43,056 nucleotides of DNA from an uncultured Nitrososphaerota archaeon (GTDB lineage Archaea; Korarchaeota; Korarchaeia; Korarchaeales; Korarchaeaceae), in assembly GCA_964618805.1 (NCBI GenBank), contig CAZUBM010000019.1, forward strand, positions 1 to 43,056, in the 5' to 3' direction. Both the position numbers and the translations under genes were made by a program. The notes below the pieces were generated by a model that searched no databases, was not told where the DNA came from, and saw nothing but the letters and a program-made list of their open reading frames with translations. Below, one piece after another: positions 34,622-43,056 of this stretch. Positions within the stretch are counted from its first letter, which is position 1; every line of letters starts with the position of its first letter.

Positions 34622-36397
34622 ATGTGTGGAATATTTGGGTACATTGGGTTTAGAAGACTTGGTCCAACCATACTCGAAGGTCTTAAGAGGCTTGAATATA
34701 GAGGATACGACTCTGCTGGGGTTGCATTCATAAGTTCAGGTCTTCGTGTGATGAAAGATGCCGGAAAAATCGATGAGATAAGCCGAAAGTTCAATTTCAG
34801 CAAGATAGATGGAAAACTAGCCATTTCTCACACGCGTTGGGCAACTCATGGAGCAGTCACTCAGGTCAATGCACACCCCCACATTTCGTGCAATGGAAAA
34901 ATAGCCGTCGTTCACAATGGAATAATCGAGAACTATGTTGACTTGAAAAAAGAGCTTATTTCACTTGGTCACGAGTTCAGAAGCGAGACCGACACCGAAG
35001 TGATCCCCCACCTCTTAGGAGAATTCTACAGGAGAACCGGGGATCCCTTAGAGGCCGTATTCATGGCAGTACCTAGGCTGAAGGGAAGCTTTGCTTTCCT
35101 AGCTATCTTTGAGGATCACCCAGATAAGATCTTTGCCGTTCGCTATAAGTCACCACTCGTCATAGGACTTGGTAAAGGAGAAATGTTCGTAGCTAGCGAT
35201 GTCCCTGCCTTTCTGAAGTATACGAATAAGGTGATTTTCCTTGATGATATGGAAGTTGCTGTCATAAGTAAAAACTCTGTTAATGTTTATGACTCACTGA
35301 CAAGGGAAAGGGTAGATAAGAAAATCCATATTGTTCCATGGAGCGTGGAGGACGCAGAAAGAGGGGGCTATCCTCACTTTATGATGAAGGAGATTATGGA
35401 GCAACGCTATACGATAACTAGAGTACTTGGACAGGACGATAGGATAAAGAAAGCATCTAAACTCATCAAGGAGGCCGAGAAGGTATTTCTGATAGCTGCA
35501 GGTACTAGCTATCATGCATGTCTTGCTGCAAGTTATTGGTTTGCTGAAATCGCTGGCATCAATGCTAGAACAGTCCTCGCCTCAGAATTTCCCTATGTTG
35601 CAAATCTGGTTGACGACAAGACCCTAGTAATAGCTGTGTCCCAAAGCGGTGAAACAGCCGATGTACTTGAAAGCGTAAGAATGGCAAAGGAAAAAGGATC
35701 TAAGGTCTTAGGCATCATAAATGTGATAGGCTCAAGCCTCATGAGGATTAGCGACGCTTTTCTGACGATAAACGCAGGACCAGAGATCTGCGTGTTAGCA
35801 ACTAAGAGCTACACTTCTCAACTGGCCATCCTATACTTGCTAGCCAATGATCTTGTTGGTAGGCTTAAAAGAGCGAAGGAGGAAGTAAAAAAGACTGGAA
35901 CTTTAGTTTCACAGATGCTCGAGAAGGAAACTCTTCTAAACGAGGTTAAAAGAATTGCAGAGGATCTTTCCGACTCGAACCATATCTTCCTCATTGGTAG
36001 AGGAATAAGTTATGCAACTTCGCTCGAAGGTGCCCTCAAGATAAAAGAAGCGTCATACATTCATGCTGAGGGCTTTGCAGGCGGAGAATTAAAGCATGGA
36101 ACCCTTGCTTTGATCGAAGAAGGCACCCCTTGCATAGCTATTGTGCCAGAGGATGGGACTAAAGATCAGATCCTAGGGAATGCTACAGAGATCAAGGCTA
36201 GAGGTGGGTACATCATAGGACTGTCTCATGAGGAATATGAGGTTTTTGATGAGTTCATCAGAATTCCTTCAGAGACTTCCCTATCTCCAATAGTTATGAT
36301 AGTTCCTCTGCAGCTTTTGGCCTACTATCTTGCCTTGGAAAGGGGTTGTAATGTAGACCAACCAAGGAATCTCGCGAAGTCGGTGACTGTCTTGTAA
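34622..36397 (+). CDS. glmS: Glutamine--fructose-6-phosphate aminotransferase (isomerizing)
   Basis: M-CGIFG start, RLEYRGYDSAG, HTRWATHG, SQSGETAD, ELKHG and C-terminal D.PRNLAKSVTV. Confidence 0.96.
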   Translation: MCGIFGYIGFRRLGPTILEGLKRLEYRGYDSAGVAFISSGLRVMKDAGKIDEISRKFNFSKIDGKLAISHTRWATHGAVTQVNAHPHISCNGKIAVVHNGIIENYVDLKKELISLGHEFRSETDTEVIPHLLGEFYRRTGDPLEAVFMAVPRLKGSFAFLAIFEDHPDKIFAVRYKSPLVIGLGKGEMFVASDVPAFLKYTNKVIFLDDMEVAVISKNSVNVYDSLTRERVDKKIHIVPWSVEDAERGGYPHFMMKEIMEQRYTITRVLGQDDRIKKASKLIKEAEKVFLIAAGTSYHACLAASYWFAEIAGINARTVLASEFPYVANLVDDKTLVIAVSQSGETADVLESVRMAKEKGSKVLGIINVIGSSLMRISDAFLTINAGPEICVLATKSYTSQLAILYLLANDLVGRLKRAKEEVKKTGTLVSQMLEKETLLNEVKRIAEDLSDSNHIFLIGRGISYATSLEGALKIKEASYIHAEGFAGGELKHGTLALIEEGTPCIAIVPEDGTKDQILGNATEIKARGGYIIGLSHEEYEVFDEFIRIPSETSLSPIVMIVPLQLLAYYLALERGCNVDQPRNLAKSVTVL

Positions 36398-36400
36398 TTT

Positions 36401-36895
36401 TTGGTGGTGCTCGAGTTGGGCTTCCAGATTAGAAGGATGAGAGAAAATGACATCGATGCCATGATAAAGGTGTATCTGGATTGTTTTAGGGGAATGAAAG
36501 ATCCAAAGACCGTTGAAAAGTGGATAAGGTGCAACTTTAATGCGTATCCAAGGATGCAGTACTTCGTCGCAGAAACGGATGGCACGGTAGTTGGTTACAT
36601 TCTATGGGTCGAAAAAGGAGGGTTTAGGAAGGAGGCGGTTCTAGAGCTTGAGCAGATAGGTGTGCTTGCTCACTACAGAGGGAAGGGAATAGGAAGCAAG
36701 TTAGTTACTGAATCACTTGAACAGATGAAGAGATATCTTGAAGAAAGGGGCTCTAGACTCAAACTGGTCGAAGTTACTACCGGAACTAGCAATCAAGCTC
36801 AAAAACTTTACATGAAAACCTTAAACGCTAAGCCAGAGTGCTTAATAAAGGATCTATTTAGAGGAGACGAACTCATAATGATCGCCAGATTCTAA
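36401..36895 (+). CDS. GNAT-family acetyltransferase
   Basis: IGV..HYRGKGIGSKL and N.AQKLY.K. Confidence 0.85.
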   Translation: MVVLELGFQIRRMRENDIDAMIKVYLDCFRGMKDPKTVEKWIRCNFNAYPRMQYFVAETDGTVVGYILWVEKGGFRKEAVLELEQIGVLAHYRGKGIGSKLVTESLEQMKRYLEERGSRLKLVEVTTGTSNQAQKLYMKTLNAKPECLIKDLFRGDELIMIARF

Positions 36896-36897
36896 GT

Positions 36898-37533
36898 CTA
36901 GAAATATCTCTCTAATCCGCTCTCTTCAGGTTTTTCTAGGACCTTTAAAAGATCCTTAAGCTTTAAGAAATCCTCTTCAAGCAACTTTCTTGTCCTAGGA
37001 TTATAAAGAGCGGCTGCTGGGTGAAGAGTTGGCATTAAGAGGACCTCTAAGCCGAATAACCTAACCTTTCTAACTCTTCCCCTTTCTCTCATGATGGAAG
37101 TAGCTCTGTGTCCAGCTAACTCAAATATTTCCATCATGCTGTGTCTACCCAAGGTAACTATAACCTTGGGTGAGATTATCTCTATCTGCCTCCTTAAGTA
37201 TGGCTGGCACGCCATTTTCTCGGAAGCTGCTGGATCTCTGTTGTTAGGTGGTCTACATTTTACCACATTAGTTATGTAGACCTCTTCTCTTCTTAGACCA
37301 GCTAGCTCAAGGAGCTGATCGAGAAGCTTCCCGGCGGCACCTACAAAAGGTCTACCTTGAATATCCTCGTTTCTTCCAGGAGCCTCTCCTATGAACATGA
37401 CTTCAGCCTCTAGAGACCCTTCTCCAGGAACTGCTTTCTTCCTTGAGGCATAAAGTGGACAAAGAGTGCAAGATCTTATCTTTTTCTCCAATTCAAGCAT
37501 TTCTTTCTCTCTTTCATTTGGAGCCAAACCCAT
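36898..37533 (-). CDS. udg: Uracil-DNA glycosylase family 4 (Fe-S)
   Basis: C..C.L, GEAPG..ED..G.PFVG.AG, TNVVKCRPPNNR.P and HPAA.L. Confidence 0.93.
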   Translation of the reverse strand: MGLAPNEREKEMLELEKKIRSCTLCPLYASRKKAVPGEGSLEAEVMFIGEAPGRNEDIQGRPFVGAAGKLLDQLLELAGLRREEVYITNVVKCRPPNNRDPAASEKMACQPYLRRQIEIISPKVIVTLGRHSMMEIFELAGHRATSIMRERGRVRKVRLFGLEVLLMPTLHPAAALYNPRTRKLLEEDFLKLKDLLKVLEKPEESGLERYF

Positions 37534-37640
37534 CAGGAATAATGGACGGAGATAATGAAAAAGCTTAGGCTAAGTGGTTCCAAATTGCCCAGATATCACT
37601 TCAGAGGATTAAACAAAGGTATTAAAGAAGTCCTGTTTTT

Positions 37641-37931
37641 GTGATGATGGGATCTTCATTGAGGCTTTCTGTTGATGTTGTTGGAATTATACTCTGGATC
37701 TTAAACTTCCTTCAAAATATAATCATGAAATTTCTTGAAGAAACGATCTTGGGTTCAAATCCAGAGATTGCGACGCAGTTTAGCGGTGCAATTTCGACAT
37801 TAATTCTCATGACCGCTCTTTACTTGCTTCTCTCATTTGTAAATGCTCTAAGAAAGGTAATAGGATACTTAATTCTTCTTGGATGGGGCCTGCTAGGCTT
37901 AGCAATACTATTAGCTGTTCTAGCAGCCTAA
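37641..37931 (+). CDS. Small membrane protein, unknown function
   Basis: 96-aa ORF with 2-3 hydrophobic helices, filling the gap between genes. Confidence 0.6.
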   Translation: MMMGSSLRLSVDVVGIILWILNFLQNIIMKFLEETILGSNPEIATQFSGAISTLILMTALYLLLSFVNALRKVIGYLILLGWGLLGLAILLAVLAA

Positions 37932-37959
37932 CTAAGTTCTCCTTTCATCAAGTCAGGAA

Positions 37960-38607
37960 TCAGATTGTAACTTTTCTGAGCAGCTGAGCATTTAAAACAA
38001 CGATTATGGTGCTTGCGGCCATTGCAAGAGCGCCCCACTCTGGTCTGAGTCTTATCCCTAATGGAATGAACAGTCCTGCCGCTGCTGGAATTGCAAGAGC
38101 ATTGTATCCTGTAGCCCAAACCAAGTTCTCCCTCATCTTTCTCATAGTTGCCTCGCTCAACCTTATCAGCCTAACTACGTCTCTAGAATCGTTCTTAACC
38201 AGAACCACGTCGGCTGATTCTATTGCTACATCAGTTCCAGCTCCTATGGCTATCCCTATGTTAGCTCTCACAAGGGCTGGCGCATCATTTATACCGTCTC
38301 CTACCATCGCTACCAAGCTCCCGTCTGCCTGGAGTTCTTCTATCTTCATTAACTTATCCTCTGGAAGGACCTCTGCAAAGAATCTGTCTAGTCCGAGCTG
38401 CTCTATCTGCAAGCTTCTGAACCCTTGGTTTTGTTGCCTGGGCCTCCTCAACTAACCTTACCATCCGTGAGAGGACGGTGTCCTCCCCTGTGCTATCAAC
38501 TCTTACCTTTATAGCCCTTCTCCATTTATCGTTCCGCTAATAATCCTGTCTCCAGTAGTTTTAGAAATATGTTTTGATTTTCCCATAACCATAGCTTCAT
38601 TAACGCT
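37960..38607 (-). pseudogene. Degraded P1B-type (Cu, CopB-like) ATPase remnant
   Basis: Actuator fragment SVNEAMVMGKS...GTINGEG, a frameshift, then KV....[29 protein letters not shown]. This is fused out of frame to the C-terminal AEVLPEDK...[10 protein letters not shown]...ENL.WA.GYN...MAAST. There is no DKTGT and no N-terminus. Confidence 0.88.
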
Positions 38608-38802
38608 TGTTTGACCAGATGATTTTCATAATATCATATTTAGATATATCTTTAATAAATATAATGACTATTCATGCTCATAAGGGTTTTTTAGAAGAAA
38701 TGGATGAAATATCTTTGTCTTTCGGCCGTTTAATTACTAGAAAGCTTATGTCTATAATATTTAAAATTGGTGATACTAGAAGATTAGTAGGGGACTGATT
38801 AT

Positions 38803-39999
38803 ATGAAGCCACATAAAAATTCAGTTTTACATAGAGATTCTAGACATCTTAAAGTTCTTTTCCTTCAACCTCAGCCCTGCATACGCGCTCTGAAGTATGC
38901 AAAAGGGCTGAGGTGGGCCTTAAAGGGCAGAGTAAGGCTCATCTTCGGTTATATTTACTATAGGCTTAGCAGGCTTTATGGTTATGGAGATGAATTCTTT
39001 AACGCCTTTGAGAAGCTCGATATGGAAAACCTGGAGGGTTCTATCAAGAAGTTAGTTGAAAAATACAAACCACATCTCATACACAGCCACAATGCCCCTG
39101 ACTTCCTAACGATTGCAGCCATAGAGGCAGTTGGAGGTTCTATTCCTGTCATACACGATTGTCATGAGGCTCTCTCGCTTAGAAGTACGGGGTATTACCT
39201 TAACGATGATGAGAAGAAGATATTGGAAGTTTATCCGAGGGAAGAGAGGGTAGCTGTAGAAAGAAGCGATGCCCGTATCTACGTTTCTGAGGGAATGAGA
39301 GAATACATGCAAAGTAAGTATGATGTGGATCCGAATATGGACTTAGTCTTCCCAAGCTACGTATCTAAATCAGTTATCCCTCAAAATCCAAGGAATAAGC
39401 TCTCTGAGACTGATGGCGAAGTTCACATCGTTTATATAGGGACGTTAACGAGCCTTATGAAAGAAAATCAATACAACTTGGTTGACATTTTCAAGAGCAT
39501 AGCTAAAGGAGGAATGCACATTCACATATATCCATCTAAATTAAGCTTAAGAGACAAAACCTACAAAAAGATCGCTAAAGAGAGCAAGCTTATTCATTAT
39601 CATGGACATCTTGAGAGAAAAAGGTTGCTAACAGAGATAACACAATACGATTTCGGCTGGGCTGGTTTCAATTCAAATGAAAAGAATAGACACCACTTAG
39701 ATGTGGCTCTTCCAAACAAAGTGATTGAATATGTTGCTTGCGGCCTTCCAGTACTTGCTTTTCCTCATAAAACGATCAAGGAATTCATAGAAAGACATAA
39801 GGTCGGTTTTGTCTTCAATAAGATAAATGAACTTGCTCGTTGGCTTGAGAGAGGGGGACATCTAATGGTTAAGGAGAGAACAACAAAATCTAGGTATAAA
39901 TTCACGATTGAAAGAAATATTAGAAAGGTCCTAAACCTATATCAGAAGGTTAGCGGAATGAAGGATATCATCCCGTTGACGCGTGCAAAGATCGTGTAA
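38803..39999 (+). CDS. Glycosyltransferase (GT-B, family 4-like)
   Basis: IHSHN, VIHD.HE, VYIG.L and LPNK..EY.A.GLPV. Confidence 0.8.
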   Translation: MKPHKNSVLHRDSRHLKVLFLQPQPCIRALKYAKGLRWALKGRVRLIFGYIYYRLSRLYGYGDEFFNAFEKLDMENLEGSIKKLVEKYKPHLIHSHNAPDFLTIAAIEAVGGSIPVIHDCHEALSLRSTGYYLNDDEKKILEVYPREERVAVERSDARIYVSEGMREYMQSKYDVDPNMDLVFPSYVSKSVIPQNPRNKLSETDGEVHIVYIGTLTSLMKENQYNLVDIFKSIAKGGMHIHIYPSKLSLRDKTYKKIAKESKLIHYHGHLERKRLLTEITQYDFGWAGFNSNEKNRHHLDVALPNKVIEYVACGLPVLAFPHKTIKEFIERHKVGFVFNKINELARWLERGGHLMVKERTTKSRYKFTIERNIRKVLNLYQKVSGMKDIIPLTRAKIV

Positions 40000-40151
40000 C
40001 TGACTTTTGTTTAAGCAGAATCTACTCGAATAAGAATTTTTGGAAAGATAAAAGAGTTCTGGCATATGTGAAGGACTACCAAATTTCTTAGAGTAAGAAC
40101 TTAGGAGCGAAAGCAAACAAAAATAAAGTATTTCAATAGTACCAACGCAAG

Positions 40152-41267
40152 ATGAGGACCCTTACAAGTGAGGAGGTTCTTAACCTCATACTCGGTGCAG
40201 AAATACTTGGTTGTGGTGGAGGAGGCTCAGTTGAGTTAGCTTTGGAAATATTAAGACAAGCAGAAGAGAAAGGCCTAAAGCTGAAAATAGCTTCATTGGA
40301 GGAACTAAAGGAGGACTCTCTTGTGTTCATAGTAAGCCGAGTAGGAGGAGGAGTCGAGGAAGACATTAAGAGAAGGGTTGAGAAATATCCTAAGAAAGTA
40401 GAAAGGCCTGAACTTGAAGCTGTAAGAGAACTTGCCAGTTTCCTAGGTGAGGAGCCAGAAGCAATACTAGCTTCAGAGACAGGAGCTGGGAATATGTTAT
40501 TGCCTCTTTTCGTTGCAGCATCTCTGGACAAAGTTGCTGTTGACGGTGATGCCTGCGGAAGGGCAAAGCCAGAGATAGCTATCTCTACGACTCATGTCAA
40601 AGGGATACCAATAGCTCCATTAGCTGCAGTGACACCTTTTGGTGATGTAGCCATACTTAAGAATGCCTTAAACGACTATACAGCAGAAGATATTTGCAGG
40701 CAGATTGCTGTAGCCTCTGGAGGGACTTGTGGTGTTGCAAGGTGCCCTGCAACGCCAAAACAGCTCAAAGGAGGGATCGTTGAAGGATCCATGAGCAAGT
40801 GCATTGAGGTAGGTAAAAGGATAAAGGAAGCATTAGAAGCTGGAGAAGATCCGATAAAAGCATTTGTGGAAACAATTGATGGTAAAGAGATCTTTAGAGG
40901 AGTTGTGAAAGCTTGGGAGAGGGAGGAAAGGAGGGCCTTTATGTGGGGAAACGTGGAAATAGAGGGTGTGGGCCCCTATAAAGGCCACAGACTTAAGATA
41001 TTTTTCAAGAATGAGTTCTTAATAAGCTGGCTTGATGATAAGCCCTACGTAACATGTCCAGACTTGCTCTGCGTGATAGATGTCAGGACAGGAAGAGGAC
41101 TGTCCAATTGGGTGGACCTTAGGGAGAACCTAGGTAGGGAGGTAGCCGTTGTTGGAGTACCAGCTGTAGATATCTGGAGAAGCCCAAAGGGTATAGAAAT
41201 CTTTGGGCCTAAGCACTTCGACTTTGACATAGAATACGTGCCTCTTGAAAGCTTATCTCTCGTGTAA
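40152..41267 (+). CDS. DUF917-family protein
   Basis: GA.ILG.GGGG, E.G.GN, VDGD.CGRA.PE, KNEFL and PDL.C. Confidence 0.82.
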   Translation: MRTLTSEEVLNLILGAEILGCGGGGSVELALEILRQAEEKGLKLKIASLEELKEDSLVFIVSRVGGGVEEDIKRRVEKYPKKVERPELEAVRELASFLGEEPEAILASETGAGNMLLPLFVAASLDKVAVDGDACGRAKPEIAISTTHVKGIPIAPLAAVTPFGDVAILKNALNDYTAEDICRQIAVASGGTCGVARCPATPKQLKGGIVEGSMSKCIEVGKRIKEALEAGEDPIKAFVETIDGKEIFRGVVKAWEREERRAFMWGNVEIEGVGPYKGHRLKIFFKNEFLISWLDDKPYVTCPDLLCVIDVRTGRGLSNWVDLRENLGREVAVVGVPAVDIWRSPKGIEIFGPKHFDFDIEYVPLESLSLV

Positions 41268-41611
41268 AGGATCCATCATGTCCGCAAGAACTTTTTATGT
41301 CGACCAGTAGGTCTTGATGATATCTGATGAACAAGGTCCGAGGAATTACAATTAGATTAAAAATCTCTCCCGTTAACTCTTTAATAAATTTTAGAGAACT
41401 TCTAGGTCTAATCAAATATTTCTTTCTTCTTTTGTTATTATTTCTTATTTTTCTAAGGTTTCAGCCCTGGAAGCCCAACTAATCTTTTTTGGAGAAATAA
41501 AAACAAGATCTAGGCTTGTATACAGGCTATCTGGCGTTTATAATAGGAACAAGACCTATGAGTTCCTTTCCTTGGAGACAAAAGATGGAAGAACTTGTAT
41601 TTTAGCACGCG

Positions 41612-41758
41612 CCCGAGAGAGTTGCGGACAAGCCCACTTACCTAGATCCCTATCAGTATCCGGAGGGAATCGAACATGTTATTGTGAACGGAGAATTCGT
41701 TATAGACGAAGAAGAGCATACTGGAGCCCTTCCAGGCAGGGTGTTAAAGCATAAATAA
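41612..41758 (+). pseudogene. C-terminal remnant of a D-aminoacylase-type amidohydrolase
   Basis: Hand translation PERVADKPTYLDPYQYPEGIEHVIVNGEFVIDEEEHTGALPGRVLKHK* aligns with the C-terminus of 14903-16675 (PNTISD...YPKGIKYVVVNG...HTGERPGKV). An in-frame TAG lies just upstream and the catalytic barrel is absent. Confidence 0.8.
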
Positions 41759-41862
41759 AGCTTTAACAAAAAAACCTCTCAAAGCCTGCGCAAGCTACGA
41801 AACGATGCTATACTTCTTCTCTTATTTTAAACCTTAAAAGCAATTAGAGATAAAAAAGCGCA

Positions 41863-42696
41863 ATGAATTGGAAAGTAGGTTTCTGCCAAGGTGCTCTTGA
41901 TCCTTTAGATTTGGAAAAGGGTGCAAGGCTGCTATCAAGTATGGGGTGTGATGCCATTGAGCTCTGGTCCTTTCATCCAGCATTAATGCCTTATGTGATT
42001 GGAAAAAAGGATCCATCAGAGATATCCAGCATAATGAAAAGACACAACCTGAGCTACTCCGTTCATGCCCCTTACCACGACCTTAACATAGCCGGATTGA
42101 ACGACAGAATAAGGAGAGAATCTTTGCTAGAAACCTTTGAAGCACTTTACTTGGCTGCTAACATCGATGCAGAACTCCTCGTCTTGCATCCTGGGAAGAG
42201 AACTACAATCGAGGTTTCTGATGAGATCTACTTGAAGAGGTCTATAGAAGCAATCAAGGAAGTTTGCCAGAAGGCTGAAGAACTCGGATTAAAAATGAGA
42301 ATAGGCTTAGAAAACATGGATTCTAAGAGAAGTCACTTTGCTAATACACCTAGGAGACTTCTTTCAATTTTGGAGGGAGTAAATTATCCAAATCTAGGCA
42401 TAACATTTGATGTTGCTCATGCTAACACCTGCATGGATCCAGTTGAGTTTCTCAAACAAGTTGCAGACAAGGTCGTCCATGTGCACCTTTCTGACAACAC
42501 CGGTCCCACATCAGCCTCTTTTCACATGCCGCTAGGGACGGGAAATGTGAACCTGGTCGGAGTTTTCAAGGAACTTGCAAATGGCGGATATGAGGGTATG
42601 CTCATAGTAGAAGGAGGTGGAGAAAACCCTAAAGAATTCATAAAGAGATCGTTGAAAGTTATTAAAAGTGCTATGAAGGAAGCTGGCCTAACGTAA
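41863..42696 (+). CDS. Sugar phosphate isomerase/epimerase-family (xylose isomerase-like/AP endonuclease 2 TIM barrel)
   Basis: SVHAP..DLN, LHPG, LENM, FDVAHA, HVHLSDN and H.PLG.G. Confidence 0.85.
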   Translation: MNWKVGFCQGALDPLDLEKGARLLSSMGCDAIELWSFHPALMPYVIGKKDPSEISSIMKRHNLSYSVHAPYHDLNIAGLNDRIRRESLLETFEALYLAANIDAELLVLHPGKRTTIEVSDEIYLKRSIEAIKEVCQKAEELGLKMRIGLENMDSKRSHFANTPRRLLSILEGVNYPNLGITFDVAHANTCMDPVEFLKQVADKVVHVHLSDNTGPTSASFHMPLGTGNVNLVGVFKELANGGYEGMLIVEGGGENPKEFIKRSLKVIKSAMKEAGLT

Positions 42697-42778
42697 TGTT
42701 CAAAGAGATGAAATTCCCTTGATGGATTAGATCCGCCATCATTTTTAAGGGAAATTTTTCTAACTTCTTAGGATCTCT

Positions 42779-43056
42779 ATGAGCATCTTCAGAGCCTACG
42801 ATGTGAGGGGAATTTACGGGGCTGATCTAACAGAGGATATAGCTCAGCAGATTGGAGCTGCTTTTGGGACCCTCTTGGGTGGGAGCGGAAAAGTTGTGCT
42901 AGGAAGAGATGGAAGAGTGAGCAGCCCTGCCATAGCAAAAGCTGTGGCAACCGGCCTTACAGAAGCTGGTTGTGACGTGCTTGACATGGGGCTCATTCCA
43001 ACTCCAGCGCTCTACTTTGGGATCAAAGCATCGAAGGCCAAGGGTGGCATAATGGT
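42779..43056 (+). CDS. Phosphomannomutase/phosphoglucomutase-family phosphohexomutase, partial; runs off the window end
   Basis: Not in the ORF track. Hand translation MSIFRAYDVRGIYGADLT...VVLGRDGRVSSP...G.IPTPALYF...GGIM. Confidence 0.9.
   Translation, partial: MSIFRAYDVRGIYGADLTEDIAQQIGAAFGTLLGGSGKVVLGRDGRVSSPAIAKAVATGLTEAGCDVLDMGLIPTPALYFGIKASKAKGGIM

Noticed and set aside
41572-41754. 60-aa ORF from the ORF track
   Set aside because: The protein-like signal is in another frame (amidohydrolase remnant).
41585-41758. In-frame TAG after MEELVF read as pyrrolysine/readthrough
   Set aside because: Readthrough would give only a ~57-aa fragment lacking the catalytic barrel, and there are no pyl genes in the window. 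A pseudogene is the simpler explanation.

Overview
This is a 43-kb, gene-dense window that looks archaeal: TTTAAATA/TTTATA-type TATA boxes, GGTGA/GGAGG ribosome-binding sites, many near-leaderless starts, and JAMM, KaiC/GvpD-like, UDG4 and TupABC genes. The exact lineage cannot be fixed from the sequence alone. Main observations: (1) A compact RiPP-like operon at 17736-22689, with an unannotated 37-aa Cys-rich precursor (MEEWVDPIIIGQNFEAECGKCYGCFCCFVSYDGVNPY) below the ORF-track cutoff, followed by an RRE-fused radical SAM/SPASM enzyme, a standalone PqqD/RRE protein, a GT4 glycosyltransferase and an ABC exporter. (2) A bacterial-type peptidoglycan salvage set (amiE-nagZ-namZ in Bacillus order, plus a MurK-like kinase and murQ) in an apparent archaeon. 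(3) An 85-nt GC-rich intergenic element that folds as a three-way-junction RNA on the minus strand (9571-9655). (4) A shared TATCCG-N-TATCGG operator-like motif upstream of both tupA and a ModE-like regulator 19 kb away. (5) A PyrB homologue with altered active-site residues. (6) Two gene remnants: a P1B-type ATPase with a large internal deletion, and a D-aminoacylase C-terminus. All product calls come from motifs read by eye; no database searches were run.
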